Assembly: GCA_043228905.1 (NCBI GenBank)
Contig: JBHGNT010000017.1
Location: forward strand, 5,208,001 to 5,272,000
DNA: 64,000 nt
Reading direction: 5' to 3'
From: Azolla caroliniana
Taxonomy: Eukaryota > Plantae > Polypodiophyta
The notes under the pieces: generated by a model
Database searches by the model: none
What the model saw: only the letters and a program-made list of their open reading frames with translations
What the model was told of the DNA's origin: nothing
Shown: piece by piece, positions 37,596 to 49,670 of the stretch
Layout: each line of letters begins with the position of its first letter
Numbering within the stretch: the first letter of the stretch is position 1
Program-made: the position numbers and the translations under genes

Positions 37596-40500
37596 CGATA
37601 GTGGTTGTCCCGAAGAAGAACGGCAAGATCCGGGTATGTGTGGACTACCGGAAACTAAATGCCGCAACAGTGACCGATGCGTTTCCATTACCGTTTACGG
37701 ACGGGGTACTAGATGCGGTGGCCGGCCATGAAGTCTACAGCTTCCTGGATGGATTCAGTGGCTACAATCAAATCCAAATGAACCCAGCCGACCAGGAGAA
37801 AACGGCGTTCGTCACGGAATGGGGAGTGTTCGTAGCTATCGTAATGATGTTCGGATTAAAGACGGCCCACACGACATTTCAACGTATAATAATGGAAATC
37901 ATCGGGGAATATATTCCCGGTTTTATGCAGGTCTTCCTCGATGATTTCGCGGTCTACAGCCGGCACGGGGAGCATCTTGATCACATGTGGCTGTGCCTAG
38001 AGAAGTGCCGCGAGTACCGGTTGAGTTTGAATCCGGCCAAGTGTGTCTTTGGAGTGGCAAGCGGTAACTTATTAGGACACGTGGTGAGTAAGGAAGGAAT
38101 CGCGGTGGATCCGGACAAAGTGAAAGCGATCCACGAGGCACCGGCTCCAAATAACGCAAAAGCCTTAAGTCGGTTCCTGGGCCAAATAAGGTGGCATAGC
38201 CGAATGATACGACACCTCGCAGATTTTGCCACACCGTTACATGCCGCCGTACATAGAGTACCCTTCCAATGGGCGGAGACCAAGGAGAAAGCCTACCAAG
38301 CGTTAAAGGTTATGCTATCGCAAGCCCCGGTAGTTCAACCACCGGATTGGAGCAAAAGCTTTCACGTATTCGTTGACGCGTCGAACGTGGCAATCGGCAG
38401 CGTCCTAATGCAACTCACAGAGCCGAAATGGTACCGGCCGATCTACTACGCAAGCCGGAAACTCTCGAAAGCAGAACGAAACTACTCTACAACAGAACGA
38501 GAGGCCTTAGGGATGGTGTATAGTGTCACCAAGTACAGACACTATTTGCTCGGAGGGAAGTTCTCCTTCCACGTGGATCATTCGGCACTACTCTACCTGG
38601 TATCGAAGGCATCCTTGACCAGAAAAATCGCACGGTGGACATTGTTGTTACAAGAATTCGAATTCGACATCTTCCACCGACCTGGGGTGCAGCATGCGGT
38701 AGCTGACTACCTAAGCAGACTTGAATCCGGGGAAGCAGGGGACGACGTACATGATGAGTTCCCCGACGCCGAGCTGTTCCGGATCACGACCGAACCGGCC
38801 ACGGATGCAATAGTAGCCGACGAAGACAAATGGCTAACCAAAATGCATCAGTTCCTGAGCACCGGAGTACCCCCGGAGAACATGGATCGCGATGAGAGGA
38901 AGAGGGTAGCCGTGAGAAACAGACACTTCTGCTTGGTTGGAGACACCCTCTATCACAAGGGGGAAGGATGGCATCTGGAGACGAATGGTGCAGAGTGACG
39001 AGAAGGATCTGATCCTGAGGGAAGCCCACTATGGAATAGCCGGAGGGCATTATGCCGGCGAAGCAACCGCTCGGAAGATATGGCAGAGCGGACTATGGTG
39101 GCCCACCACTCTAAAAGATGTCGTGAAGTATAGCAGGGAATGCGATTTATGCCAACGACTAGGCCAACCCACAGAGCAGGCCCGAATGCCACACCACCCG
39201 GTCTTGCCCTTAGAACCGTTTCAAAATTGGGGTTTGGACTTTGTCGGTCCCTTTAAGCCCCCGGCCATGAGAACCGGAAATCGGTATATCATAGTGGCGA
39301 CCGATTATTGCACCAAATGGGTGGAGGCGAAGGCGTTACGGGACAACACGGCCGCTTCCACTGTGAAGTTCTTGTATGAATGCATATGGTGCCGTTATGG
39401 CTGCCCGATCGAGCTAATAAGTGACCAAGGAGGGCACTTTCTCGGGCAGGTAGTGGAAAGCATGACGTCATTTTACACGGTAGTACACAAACGGAGCACT
39501 CCTTACTACCCGCAAGCCAACGGTCTAGCGGAGTCGACGAATAAAACTCTGCAAAACATCCTGCGAAAGATCGTCAAAGAGAACAGAACCGATTGGGATA
39601 CGAAACTGCAGAGCGCACTTTGCGCGTACCGGACAACGTATAAAACCAACATCCGGACAACCCCGTTCCGACTAGCATTCGGCTTAGAAGCGGTCATGCC
39701 GGTTGAATTCCAGATTCCCAGCTTACGGATCCAGGTAAAGGAACGCTTAAGTGAGAAAGAGTCCGAACGAATCCGACTGGCAACGCTATTAGAATTAGAG
39801 GAAAACCGGATAGCCAGTTTACTGCAGTTGGAACTAGAGCAAAGGAGAAGGAAGGTGTTCGTGGACCGACACCGACGGGGCAACGAAAAGGAGTTTGAAG
39901 TCGGGAAACCGGTATTACTATTCCAGACACGGATGGGGAACATGCCGAGAAAATTGCGATTTCGGTGGACCGGACCGTTCTGGATAACCAAGGAGTACAA
40001 TGGGTCGTATCAGCTCGGTACATTATCAGGAGAATTCATTGGTAAATGGGCAAATGGGTTCCGGCTAAAGCCTTATAAAGGACATATGCCAACCAACCCG
40101 TTCAAGCAAGACCCGAAGATCCGGCACGAGGAGGAACCGACACCGACAGAAACTGCTCCGGAAGTCCGACACGAAGAGGAATCGACACTGACAGAAACTA
40201 CCTCGGAGAACCGGCATGAGGAGATCCTGGTACCGGTGAGAACCGACCCGGACAAACCGGGTGCAATCGACAAATGACGTGACAAACCGGGTGCAACCGA
40301 CAAAATAATAATAAAATAATAATAATAATAATAAATAAAAATAAAAATAAAAAATTTAATAAGAAAATGATCAATCTATAATGATGACTAGGGAGATTGC
40401 AAGAGGTCGGAGCGCCAAGCATTAAAAAGGAAGCGCCGCCAATCAATGAAGAAGCGCCATTCAGTAAATAAGGACGTGCGGGTACTTGCTATTTAAGGTA

Positions 40501-40787
40501 GAGAACGTGGGCAAGGACCTGCTATTTACAGTGCAGACACCGACGTACGAGGAGAGATGCACGCGCGGGAATCATGAAAGGACTTGCTATTTATGGCGGG
40601 AGATATGCATGCGCGGGAATCGAAAAAGGACGGCTCGAGGAAAACGCAGCTACAAAATGCACAGGCCTGTGAAGGACTCACGTTTTACGAATTTTCATTC
40701 ACACAGGCGCAGAAGCACAGAAGAGCAATCTGACACACAGAGCATACACACCCCGATCAGCAGGCACCGGAAGAAGGATCAGAACCC

Positions 40788-43160
40788 ATGGCACTGTCGG
40801 ACGAAGCACGACAATGGATGACAGAAAACGGGATGGAAGGACTGCTGCGCATTGCCGATGCTCCACCACACGCAGAACCGGAGCAGGCGGCAGCAACAAT
40901 AGACCTATCGGAAGTCACGGAAGGAGCGGTGCAGGCGCTCACGGGAATAAAAGCCGGTGGACTCCGATCGATTGAGAACCCATCCAATCAGATCCTGTTC
41001 GAGTATTTCGGTGAATACTCCATAAGCAGCAAGGCGTACCGAATACAGGGCGGACAGAACCTGCTATTCGGAGAGGTGGCCCGGGCCATGATGGAACACG
41101 AGTTCGTGCATCCTCGTCCCCTAGCCATTCCCAAGTACTGGGCAGGGTTCGTGATTGCGGCGTATGAAGGGTTGCAAGTGGATTGGCTCCACTTCATAAC
41201 CGAAGGGCTGAAGGACACCATCAAGAACCTAGTAGACGGAAAAAAGCCATGGGCCGGAATAACGCAGTGGCTGACGGTGTTAGTCCCACCGGTACTCCCC
41301 ATCAAACAGAAGAAGAGAAGTCGGCAGGAGACCACTCCGAAGAAGACGGCAAAACGCCGACAGATCTTGGAGAAACACACCCCGGGATGGACCCAGGAGG
41401 AAGGAGAACAACAGGAGGAAGGACCATCCCAATGGCAACCGGAACAGGCGCCGGCACAAGCGAAACCGGCGGGGAAAGGAAAAGAAAAAATGGCAAAGAA
41501 GACCAACCGAGAACTGGCCGAGGAAGAGCCAGTGGTGCACAAGCTGATCAAGATAACACAGCGACGGCCGGAACCCGAACCAAAGGATTTCATACAAAAG
41601 GTCCGTCTGGGAACCGCACCGGAGGAGGAAGCTGAGACAGGAGATTCATCCGAACAACTGGTGAGACAACCACCAAGACAAGGACGGGAGAAACGGGCGA
41701 AAGGACCGGCTCTACCAGTTGACGGTACTCAGCGATGGGCGAAGGGACCACCTCCAGTAGCCGGGGCGGAAGGGAAAAAGGACGAAGTTAGGACCGCACC
41801 GAAGGGGGCAGCACCGGAACCGGTTTTGCCGGATTCCAGAGAACTGCGTGGACAGGCCGAGCAGGAAATAGAGCGGCTTCAGGAAGAACTCCGAGAACAG
41901 AAGGACCGGGATGACCAGTTACGGGCTCAGGTGAACCGACGCCTGAAGCAGAAAACGGAGGATTTCGACAGACTGTACCGAGATCACAAGCAGGCCGAGT
42001 CGGACAACAAGAAACGGGGAGCAGAATACGACCGGCAGATAGAGAAGCTGAAAGAGCAGCTCAAGGAAACCCAACTGGATTTGGCCAAGACAATGGAGGA
42101 GTTAGATGTCAAGAAAGAGGCATTGTCGGCGGAAAAGACCTTGGTGTCCGACCAAAGGAAGGAGTTGGAAGCACTTCGGCAGGAGAAGTTGGAAATAACA
42201 AAGAACCGGAATGAAGAAAAGGAACGGTCTACGTACGTGATCAACAAACTGCAAAGTACCTATGAAAGGAAGGCAGCGGAATACGAAGCCCTGGCCCAGG
42301 CAACGGCTGCGATTATAACACGGGAAAGAAAGGAAAATCAAGAAGCATATGCACAGGCTAAAGCAGGGGCGAACCGGATCCGGCTCATCATGTCATCATG
42401 GAGTGACCGAGCGCAGGCTAGCATCAATGAAAGCACTGAGAAGCTATGGAAGGAGTGGTCGCAACAAGCAGCTGAGCTGCAGACACTCCGAGCGGACGCT
42501 GAGAATCGGAGGAAGACGGGTGACAAGTTTTACAAGATGGATGAAGAAAGTATAGTCACCATTCGGGAGGAATTGCAAGAGGATTTCTTCGCTTTGGCAG
42601 AAGAACATCTAAAGGAGATCCGAGGGTTGGTGGAAAGGCTGGATGACGGGCAGCTCACAACTCAGTTGGAGTTGGAGAAGTACGAGCAGGACCGCTTACG
42701 ACAGGAAGCCGAGGAAAAAACGACGCCGATCACTATAAGGGAGGAAGAGAGACCGGCTGAAGCTGAACCAACCGATACCGAACAACGCCGACAGGGAATA
42801 CCCGAAGAAGAGCTTCCAGTCCAAGAAAATCAAGAGGAGCAGTTGCAGACCAATGCCGGGGAAGAAGAAGAGCTAGCACAAGGGAACACCAGGTCGGAGG
42901 AAGAAGTAGAACCGCACCGGCCTGTCGAGACCGGGGAAAGCGACACGGGTAACAGAATAGAGCCCAGAACGGAAGAAGAACAAGAGGAACCCGGACAAAG
43001 CGGAGAGGAAGCACCGGCACCACAGAAACAAGAAGAGCCGGAGCAGCAACCAATTCAACCGGAGGTCGGAGAAGAGGCAGGCAAGGAACGGGAACCCACG
43101 GAAGAGGCACCACTTGACACTTTCGAGCGGACCTTGCTCGACATTTTGGAGGAAGACTGA
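40788..43160 (+). CDS. Extra ORF of element E (790 aa): globular N-terminal domain, long coiled coil, acidic tail; function unknown
   Basis: Uninterrupted ATG-started ORF between the integrase stop and the 3' LTR; heptad-like E/K/Q/R-rich middle. Confidence 0.85.
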   Translation: MALSDEARQWMTENGMEGLLRIADAPPHAEPEQAAATIDLSEVTEGAVQALTGIKAGGLRSIENPSNQILFEYFGEYSISSKAYRIQGGQNLLFGEVARAMMEHEFVHPRPLAIPKYWAGFVIAAYEGLQVDWLHFITEGLKDTIKNLVDGKKPWAGITQWLTVLVPPVLPIKQKKRSRQETTPKKTAKRRQILEKHTPGWTQEEGEQQEEGPSQWQPEQAPAQAKPAGKGKEKMAKKTNRELAEEEPVVHKLIKITQRRPEPEPKDFIQKVRLGTAPEEEAETGDSSEQLVRQPPRQGREKRAKGPALPVDGTQRWAKGPPPVAGAEGKKDEVRTAPKGAAPEPVLPDSRELRGQAEQEIERLQEELREQKDRDDQLRAQVNRRLKQKTEDFDRLYRDHKQAESDNKKRGAEYDRQIEKLKEQLKETQLDLAKTMEELDVKKEALSAEKTLVSDQRKELEALRQEKLEITKNRNEEKERSTYVINKLQSTYERKAAEYEALAQATAAIITRERKENQEAYAQAKAGANRIRLIMSSWSDRAQASINESTEKLWKEWSQQAAELQTLRADAENRRKTGDKFYKMDEESIVTIREELQEDFFALAEEHLKEIRGLVERLDDGQLTTQLELEKYEQDRLRQEAEEKTTPITIREEERPAEAEPTDTEQRRQGIPEEELPVQENQEEQLQTNAGEEEELAQGNTRSEEEVEPHRPVETGESDTGNRIEPRTEEEQEEPGQSGEEAPAPQKQEEPEQQPIQPEVGEEAGKEREPTEEAPLDTFERTLLDILEED

Positions 43161-46100
43161 GGCCGTGTGTGGGTTCAAAGTGCAAAGCACTTTCCCACGG
43201 GCGTGCCATGTGTTGGCCGGTCAGAAGTGGAAGGACAAGTGGGAAGGCGGAATCGGATAGAATAATATAAAGTAAATATTAGTAGAATTATTATTCGGAG
43301 GGACGGATCCGGTACAGTTGTACCAATCCGGATCCGGACCGATTCGGATGCCGGTTGCCTAAGCGCACCATTTTGTAATCTTGTCGGATGCCTATAAAAG
43401 GATCCGATGAATTGTAATGAGTTTTTACGGAAGTAATACAAGCTTAACTATTTGTGATTATTTTAGTGTCTGTATTGTCTTACCGTCTGTGCTAATTGTA
43501 ACTATCTTACGCGTGTACTCTAACATGCAATCCTCACCACCCCCTTTGGAGAAGTGTTGGAAAGACTTCTGTGTTGGGGCTAGTCCGGCCAGCAATACAA
43601 CACTTGTTATCATTTCTGAGGGTGCCCCGATTTTGTTCGTGGTTCTTCCGAACGGTCAAAAATTGAACAGAGTGACGGCCGTCCTGACTTTTTACCCTCG
43701 CGTAGGCTGAACCATTGTCCAACACTTTTGTTTCCATTCTAGCCGCCGTGATGTATGGTTCCCCAAGGATGACCGGGTGAGAGGACGTCTCTTGCACGAA
43801 AAAGTGTTGGTTTATGTCAACGTCCCCGACGCTCACCCTGACGTTCGGGCAAGCCCCGTGTAGCTCTTCCGTGGCTCTTGTAGCCGCGCGTATCTTCCAC
43901 CCATGTTTGGTATTGATCGGCCAATTCCCCTTTTTGTAGAAGTCCATGGACATTAGGTTAATTTCCAACCTGTGGTCGATTAACGCCACCACCGGTTCCT
44001 TGACATTCCCGATACGAACCGGGGTTTCTGTAGTAGCTCTTGCCCAGTCCGGTTTGGCGTAGTTGCTCTCCGCGAGCTCGTCTTCCATGGCTATCTCATC
44101 GAGGAGTGTCGCCCTTACCTCAATCGGCTTCTCAGGCTCCGGTTCCGTTGCGAGAAGCTTTCTCTTCATGATTTCCACGATGTTGTCGTGGAACTCCCTT
44201 CTTGCTATGCCGAGCACTTCCCTAAGCGTGAGTTCTATGCGACTGTCGAGAACTTGCTCCTCTAGAACATTTTATAGGTTCATTGTTTTCTCTATCTCCG
44301 AGCTTAAGCAGAAGCTCGGAATCCTGCCCTTCTCCTTCTCCTGGAATCCGGTCCGAGCGGCATCATGCTTTTTGGTTGCGCTTCGTGTATCATGCCTCCC
44401 CGAGGGGCCGCTCCCCCGGTTTTTCCCGCTCGCCTTTCGTCGATCAGGGCTTCGCAGTTTCTGCACCCGGCCTCAACAAAGCCAGTGCTTTCTTCAACGG
44501 GGTCGCTCCACCCGGTAACTTCGCGAACACGTTCTTCTGCGTGCTCCGCTTCCTCCTTCTACACCCTTCCTCTGGACAAAGTCTCAAGAACGATCGGCCA
44601 GAACCCAGATTTGGAATCAGGTTTGTTCGTCTTCTCCCCTATGCATATGCAAGCCGAAGGCGAATAGTGGACGGCTTCGACGTGCCGGGCCACGGCTTCT
44701 TCCATTTGCCTCTTCATGCCCCCTCGTCTGAAATTCGTGTCGAGCAATCTTCGCTTGTCGCTCGCATGTACCCTGCCGTTCGAAAGGTAAACTACATTAC
44801 TCCTGAGCGCTTCTCTGAAGTCAGCGTATTCTCTCTAGGCATGTCCGGTGGCGTCGCACCATACGCACCTCTGATTGGCCGGTGGTCGCCGGTCACGCGG
44901 CTGACCTTCGTCGCTTCGTTGGGCCTGAGGGGTCACGCACCATCCTTGCCAGTTCTTCTAGTCTGGCGCCACCTGCAGGTCCCGCGACTATGTTCGCCGG
45001 GGGTGGGCCTAGATCGAGCCACCTCCTCGTTTCTTCCATTCGGGTCGGCGTTGGTTCGGCCTTGATTTCGACAGCCGGTCCGACCGACGAGGACTCCTTT
45101 TCTTTCCAGTCTCGCCATTTGTCAATCCTACTGCATACTTCCTTGATGATCACCCAATCAGTCGTGAGGCCTCGGTTGGTTTCCAAAAGAAGACCCACAT
45201 TTTCCCGGACACGTGAGTCGAATGAAGTGACAACAAATAGAACCTTGCTCGTTTCGAGCACAGTTCGGTCCAACCTAGAGAGTCGTGCAAACCTTGACTC
45301 GAACTCCTGGAGGAGCGCAGAAGCATTCTGACCCTTGTTGGGGCTGTTGACCCAGTCCATAAAATCCTTTCTCGATAGCCAGAGTGAATCATCATAGTTG
45401 TACCTCTCGAGAACTTCCTCTGCGAACTCCGCCCAATCGTGACAACCCGCTTGTATCTTGACCATCTCTGTATGGATGTGTGGTGTTATGACCCGGGGAA
45501 ACCCCGCTAGCCATCTATCTTCGGGTATGTTCGTCATCTACATTTCAGATTTGTAGGTCTCTACGTAACACGTGGCGTCCTTTCCGCCGAACCGGCCTAT
45601 CTTGCCAACTGTTGCCTCTATGGCCCGGAGAGTTCAGACCGAAGAGGCCTGGATCGGAAAGGAACGTCGGCGATCACGACAAGTGAAGAAGAAATTATGC
45701 TCATCACGGAGGAGAATGACTTAAATCTTGTCAATGACGAGACAATGTGAGTTGTCGATTCCGTAGCGTCAGTCCACCTGACACCGAATCGGAAATGCTT
45801 CTCATCCTACACAACCGGTGATCATGGTTGTGTCCGGATGGGGAATGATGATACATGCCGAATTGTCAGCATAGGAGATGTGTTGATGACGACATCAACC
45901 GGATCCAAGTTGTTGCTGAAGGATGTCTGACACGTTCCGGAGCTAGATGATGAAGGCTACAAGGGTAGCATCCGGAACACAGTCATGAAATTCAGCAAGG
46001 GAAGCTTGATTGTGGCCCGAGCCCGGAAGGTCAAGATATTGTACCTGATGCATGCCCGGATATGCCAAGAAGAAGTGAACGTGGCATCCGGCACTGCTGG

Positions 46101-46359
46101 TGAGCTATGGCACAAAAGATTGTGTCACATGAGTGAGAAGGGGATGAAGAGGCTTGCCGAAGACGACCTCATTCCGGTGAAGGACGTGCAACTTGAGAAG
46201 TGCACCGATTGCTTGGCCAGCAAGCAAAACCGAACCTCCTTCCGGTCAAGACCACCAATGAGACAGAATGCACCACTGGAGCTGGTGCATACCGATGTGT
46301 GTCAAGTGGACAGTAAGTCACATGGCAGATCGCAGTACTTCGTGACGTTCATAGACAAC

Positions 46360-46904
46360 CACATCCGGAAGTTGTGGCTCTCATCGTTGAAGACAAAGAA
46401 TCAGGTTCTATCCGTCTTCAAGGAGCTCCACGCGAGCATGGAAAGAGAAACCGGCTGAAAGCTGAAGGTGGTTCGAGCAGATAACGGAGGAGAATACCGA
46501 GGTCACATCCGGAAGTTGTGGCTCTCACCGTTGAAGACAAAGAATCAGGTTCTATCCGTCTTCAAGGAGCTCCACGCGAGCGTGGAAAGAGAAACCGGCC
46601 GAAAGCTGAAGGCGGTTCGAGCAGATAACGGAGGAGAATACGAGGGCACATCCGGAAGTTGTGGCTCTCACCGTTGAAGACAAAGAATTAGGTTCTATCC
46701 GTCTTCAAGGAGCTCCACGCGAGCGTGGAAAGAGAAACCGGCCGAAAGCTGAAGGCGGTTCGAGCAGATAACGGAGGAGAATACGAGGGCACATCCGGAA
46801 GTTGTGGCTCTCACCGTTGAAGACAAAGAATTAGGTTCTATCCGTCTTCAAGAAGCTCCACGCAAGCGTGGAAAGAGAAACCGGTCAGAAGCTGAAGGCG
46901 GTTC
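46360..46904 (+). repeat. Tandem amplification (4 x 143-144 bp) of an integrase-core segment
   Basis: Units start CACATCCGGAAG at 46360, 46504, 46647 and 46790; the fourth resumes after the solo LTR at 47583. Confidence 0.93.
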
Positions 46905-47582
46905 TGTTGGGAGACAGGTCCCTTCGGATGGTGCAGACCCGATGAGAACCGGATGAGGAGTACCCGGCTACGGAGAGCCGGATGGTGCAGACCCGGCTAT
47001 GGAGAAACGGATGGTGCAGACCCGGCTACGGAGAGCCGGATGGTGCAGACCTACTGAGAACCGGATGAGGAGTACTCAGCTAGATCCGGATGATGCAAGC
47101 CCGGTGAGGAGTGCTCTCCGGATGAAGAGACATATTTGTAAATATGTTTCTGAGAGTCCATCGTGGCTATATTTGTAAATAGCTGAAAAGTCATATTAGT
47201 ATAAATATGACTTAGGACAAACCTTTAAAGGTTGTTGTTGTTGTTGTTGTTATTCTTGTGTGTGCAAGAATAGAGTGAGTGCATAACAGTGTACACAGAG
47301 AGAGAGGGCAAGAGGTCGTTGCCTTTGTTGTAACCGCCGCCTGTGGCGAGGATCGTGAGCACGAGGTCGTTGCCTCCGTGAACTCACTGTTGTACATTCT
47401 AGCATAGTGATAGTTTGCAGCCTGTGGGCTGCCATGGTTTTTCCCTCCTTGGGTTTTCCACGTAAACATCTCGTGTACTCTTCTCCTCTTTGTCTCGTGC
47501 TTTCATTGCCCGTTTTCTGTGTATGAATCTAAGCTTGATTGTGGTCGAGCGTTGCATATAGGGGAGCGTTTAGTTCCTGTCA
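46905..47582 (+). mobile_element. Tork-like copia solo LTR (678 bp), TSD GGTTC
   Basis: TGTTGGGA...CCTGTCA; GGTTC at 46900-46904 and 47583-47587. Confidence 0.92.
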
Positions 47583-47786
47583 GGTTCGAGCAGATAACGG
47601 AGGAGAATATCGAGGGCAGTTCGAGGAGTACCACCAGTCGAAGGGAATCCGGCTTGAATTCACCATGCCAAAGACGCCAGAATTGAACGGGCTGGCGGAA
47701 AGGATAAACCAGACCATAATGGAGAGATTCCGGAGCATGCTCGCACATGCCAAGTTACCCAAGATGTTTTGGGCTGAGGTGCTGAC

Positions 47787-48418
47787 TGACGTGGAATACA
47801 CGGAATAATCTCCGGTCACAACCGAAGCGTAGATCACTTGATAACAATCGAACACAAAAGAAATGGGAATGGAGGTAAGTACCCAAACAGAAAAGAGAAT
47901 ACACAGGATGTTAACGTGGAAAACCCTGAGAGGGAAAAACCACGGGAGTCCACAGACTCCAAACTATCACTATGCCAACAATTACACCAGGGAGCGCAGA
48001 GGCAACGACCTCCTGCTCACGATCTTCGCCTTGCAGTGGTTACAATAGAGACATGCTCTGTATCGCTCTCTCTGTCTCTCTCTCTGTACAGTTGTTACAC
48101 CAAAATTACACACACACACACCACTACTGAGTTTGCCCTAGGTCATATTTATACTAATATGACTTTTGGCTATTTACAAAATATAGCCCCAGTGGGCTCT
48201 CTAGAACATATTTACATATATGTCCCTTCATCCAGTGAGAGGTTCTCGACGGGCCTGCATCATCCGGCTCTCACCGGGATCTTCCGATGTCAGGCCTGCA
48301 ACATCCGGTTCTCACCGGGTACTCCACATCCGGATTCGGCCTCGGCCTCGGCCTCCGCCGAGTTGCTCATTAACATTGTTCTTCTCACTTCCCATCCGGA
48401 GGGACCTGTTTCCTAACA
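47787..48418 (-). mobile_element. Tork-like copia solo LTR (632 bp), TSD CTGAC
   Basis: Minus strand TGTTAGGA...ACGTCA; CTGAC at 47782-47786 and 48419-48423. Confidence 0.92.
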
Positions 48419-49565
48419 CTGACGACGGCGACCTATGTGATAAACAGATCACCCTCAGTACCCTTGGGAGGAGACTCACCTCAGAAAGTATGGACTTGTA
48501 AAGATGTATCTTACCGGCATCTGACAGTGTTCGGGTGTCTCACATACGTGCATGTGGCGAAGGAAAAGAGAGCAAAGCTGGATCCGAAGTATCGACCATG
48601 CATATTCCTTGGATACGGCGATGATGAGTTCGGTTACCGGGTGTGGGATCTGGTCGATGAGAAGGTGTTCCGGAGTCGGGACATAGTCTTCATGGAAGAC
48701 AAGAACATTGCCAATTGCAAGTCGGAGAAGAAGATGACCAACTCCGGTTCATCCAATGAAAAAGGTCTTGAGGACACAAGGACCTACCTGGTTGAAAACC
48801 GGATGTTAGCCGGTAACTGGATGACACTTGACGAACCGGTCGGATTCGGACAAGAAACCGAACACACCAAAGAAGAAGAAGAAGAAGACGACAACGGAAC
48901 CAGACAAGATCCTAAATCGGATGAGGATGAGGAATAGACGGAGGAACCAGTAGTCAGAAACCAAGGACGAAGATATCCTCTCCAAGAGAGAAGAGCCCCC
49001 TGGAGATTTCTGGATGCAGGCCATGTGTTGCTAACCCACAGCCGCAAGTGGTTGACTGCCATGCAGGATGAGATGGATTCCCTACATGAGAACCACACAT
49101 ATGAACTGACGGAGTTGCCGAAAGGAAAGAGGGCACTCCGGAACAAGTGGTTGTACAAGCTGAAACCAGGAGATGCCAAAAACCCACCAAGATACAAAGC
49201 CCAAATTGTGGTGAAGGGATTCTAGCAGAAGAAAGGAGGGGACTTGTCAGGAATAGTACTAAAGCAGAGATGGAATTAGTACTAAGAAGAGTAGTACTAT
49301 TAGTACTAAGAGGACGGGACTGCGTAAGATTCCCGAGAGAGAGGAAGTGAGAAGAGGAGAGAGAAAGAAATAGGGTGATGACAACAGCTCTTATATTATA
49401 TGAAAGATAAGTACAAATCGACTAAGAGGTTTAAGACTGGTGTTGAACCAATTTGGTTCAAAACAATGTCTTGTGCCTCCTTTTATAGTGTTTTTAGGAA
49501 TAATCCTGAAACTTCTAGAATGTTCCAGAGAGATCTGGAATATACATCAATTTTCTATGATAAAG

Positions 49566-49670
49566 TATAAATAAAAATAATATCCTACAAAATACAATTC
49601 ATAGTCTAATGGTAAGAGCTCGACCCATGTAGCATAAGGTCATGGGTTCGAGTCTTGCCATATCATGACA
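49566..49670 (+). promoter_or_regulatory. tRNA-like A box/B box module in the 3' LTR of B
   Basis: TAGTCTAATGGTAAGAGC at 49602 and GGTTCGAGTC at 49645. Confidence 0.62.

Larger units (their letters stand above)
29207..40277 (+). pseudogene. gag-pol of element E, interrupted by copia D (32273-37595)
   Basis: Three CCHC knuckles, PR IIDGG, RT VFLDDF, RH VDAS, IN WGLDF/SDQG/YPQANG; stops at 31145, 31580 and 32237 and a frameshift near 38960. Confidence 0.9.
28763..43602 (+). mobile_element. Element E: full-length non-chromovirus (Athila/Phygy-like) Ty3/gypsy with an extra 3' ORF; TSD CTTGT
   Basis: 392-bp LTRs 28763-29154 and 43211-43602 (7 differences by eye); PBS TGGTGACCACG 29161-29171 (tRNA-Arg-like); CTTGT on both sides. 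Confidence 0.95.
24658..45635 (-). mobile_element. Element G: decayed gypsy of the F family (gag-PR ~45635-43608; RT-RH-IN 28757-~25490; 3' LTR), interrupted by E, 5' LTR missing
   Basis: Frame continues across TSD CTTGT (RNDNK|ADF*); FLDDIPIKG; PPT-like GTGGGGGTGGA adjacent to the LTR at 25407; right boundary approximate. Confidence 0.88.

Noticed and set aside
37295-38998. 567-aa ORF as a novel fusion protein
   Set aside because: Chance read-through from the 3' LTR of D into the interrupted RT of E; ORFs 56352-57044 and 43534-44217 likewise run into LTRs.
40788-43160. Retroviral-type envelope gene
   Set aside because: No evident signal peptide or C-terminal transmembrane anchor; the protein is highly charged.
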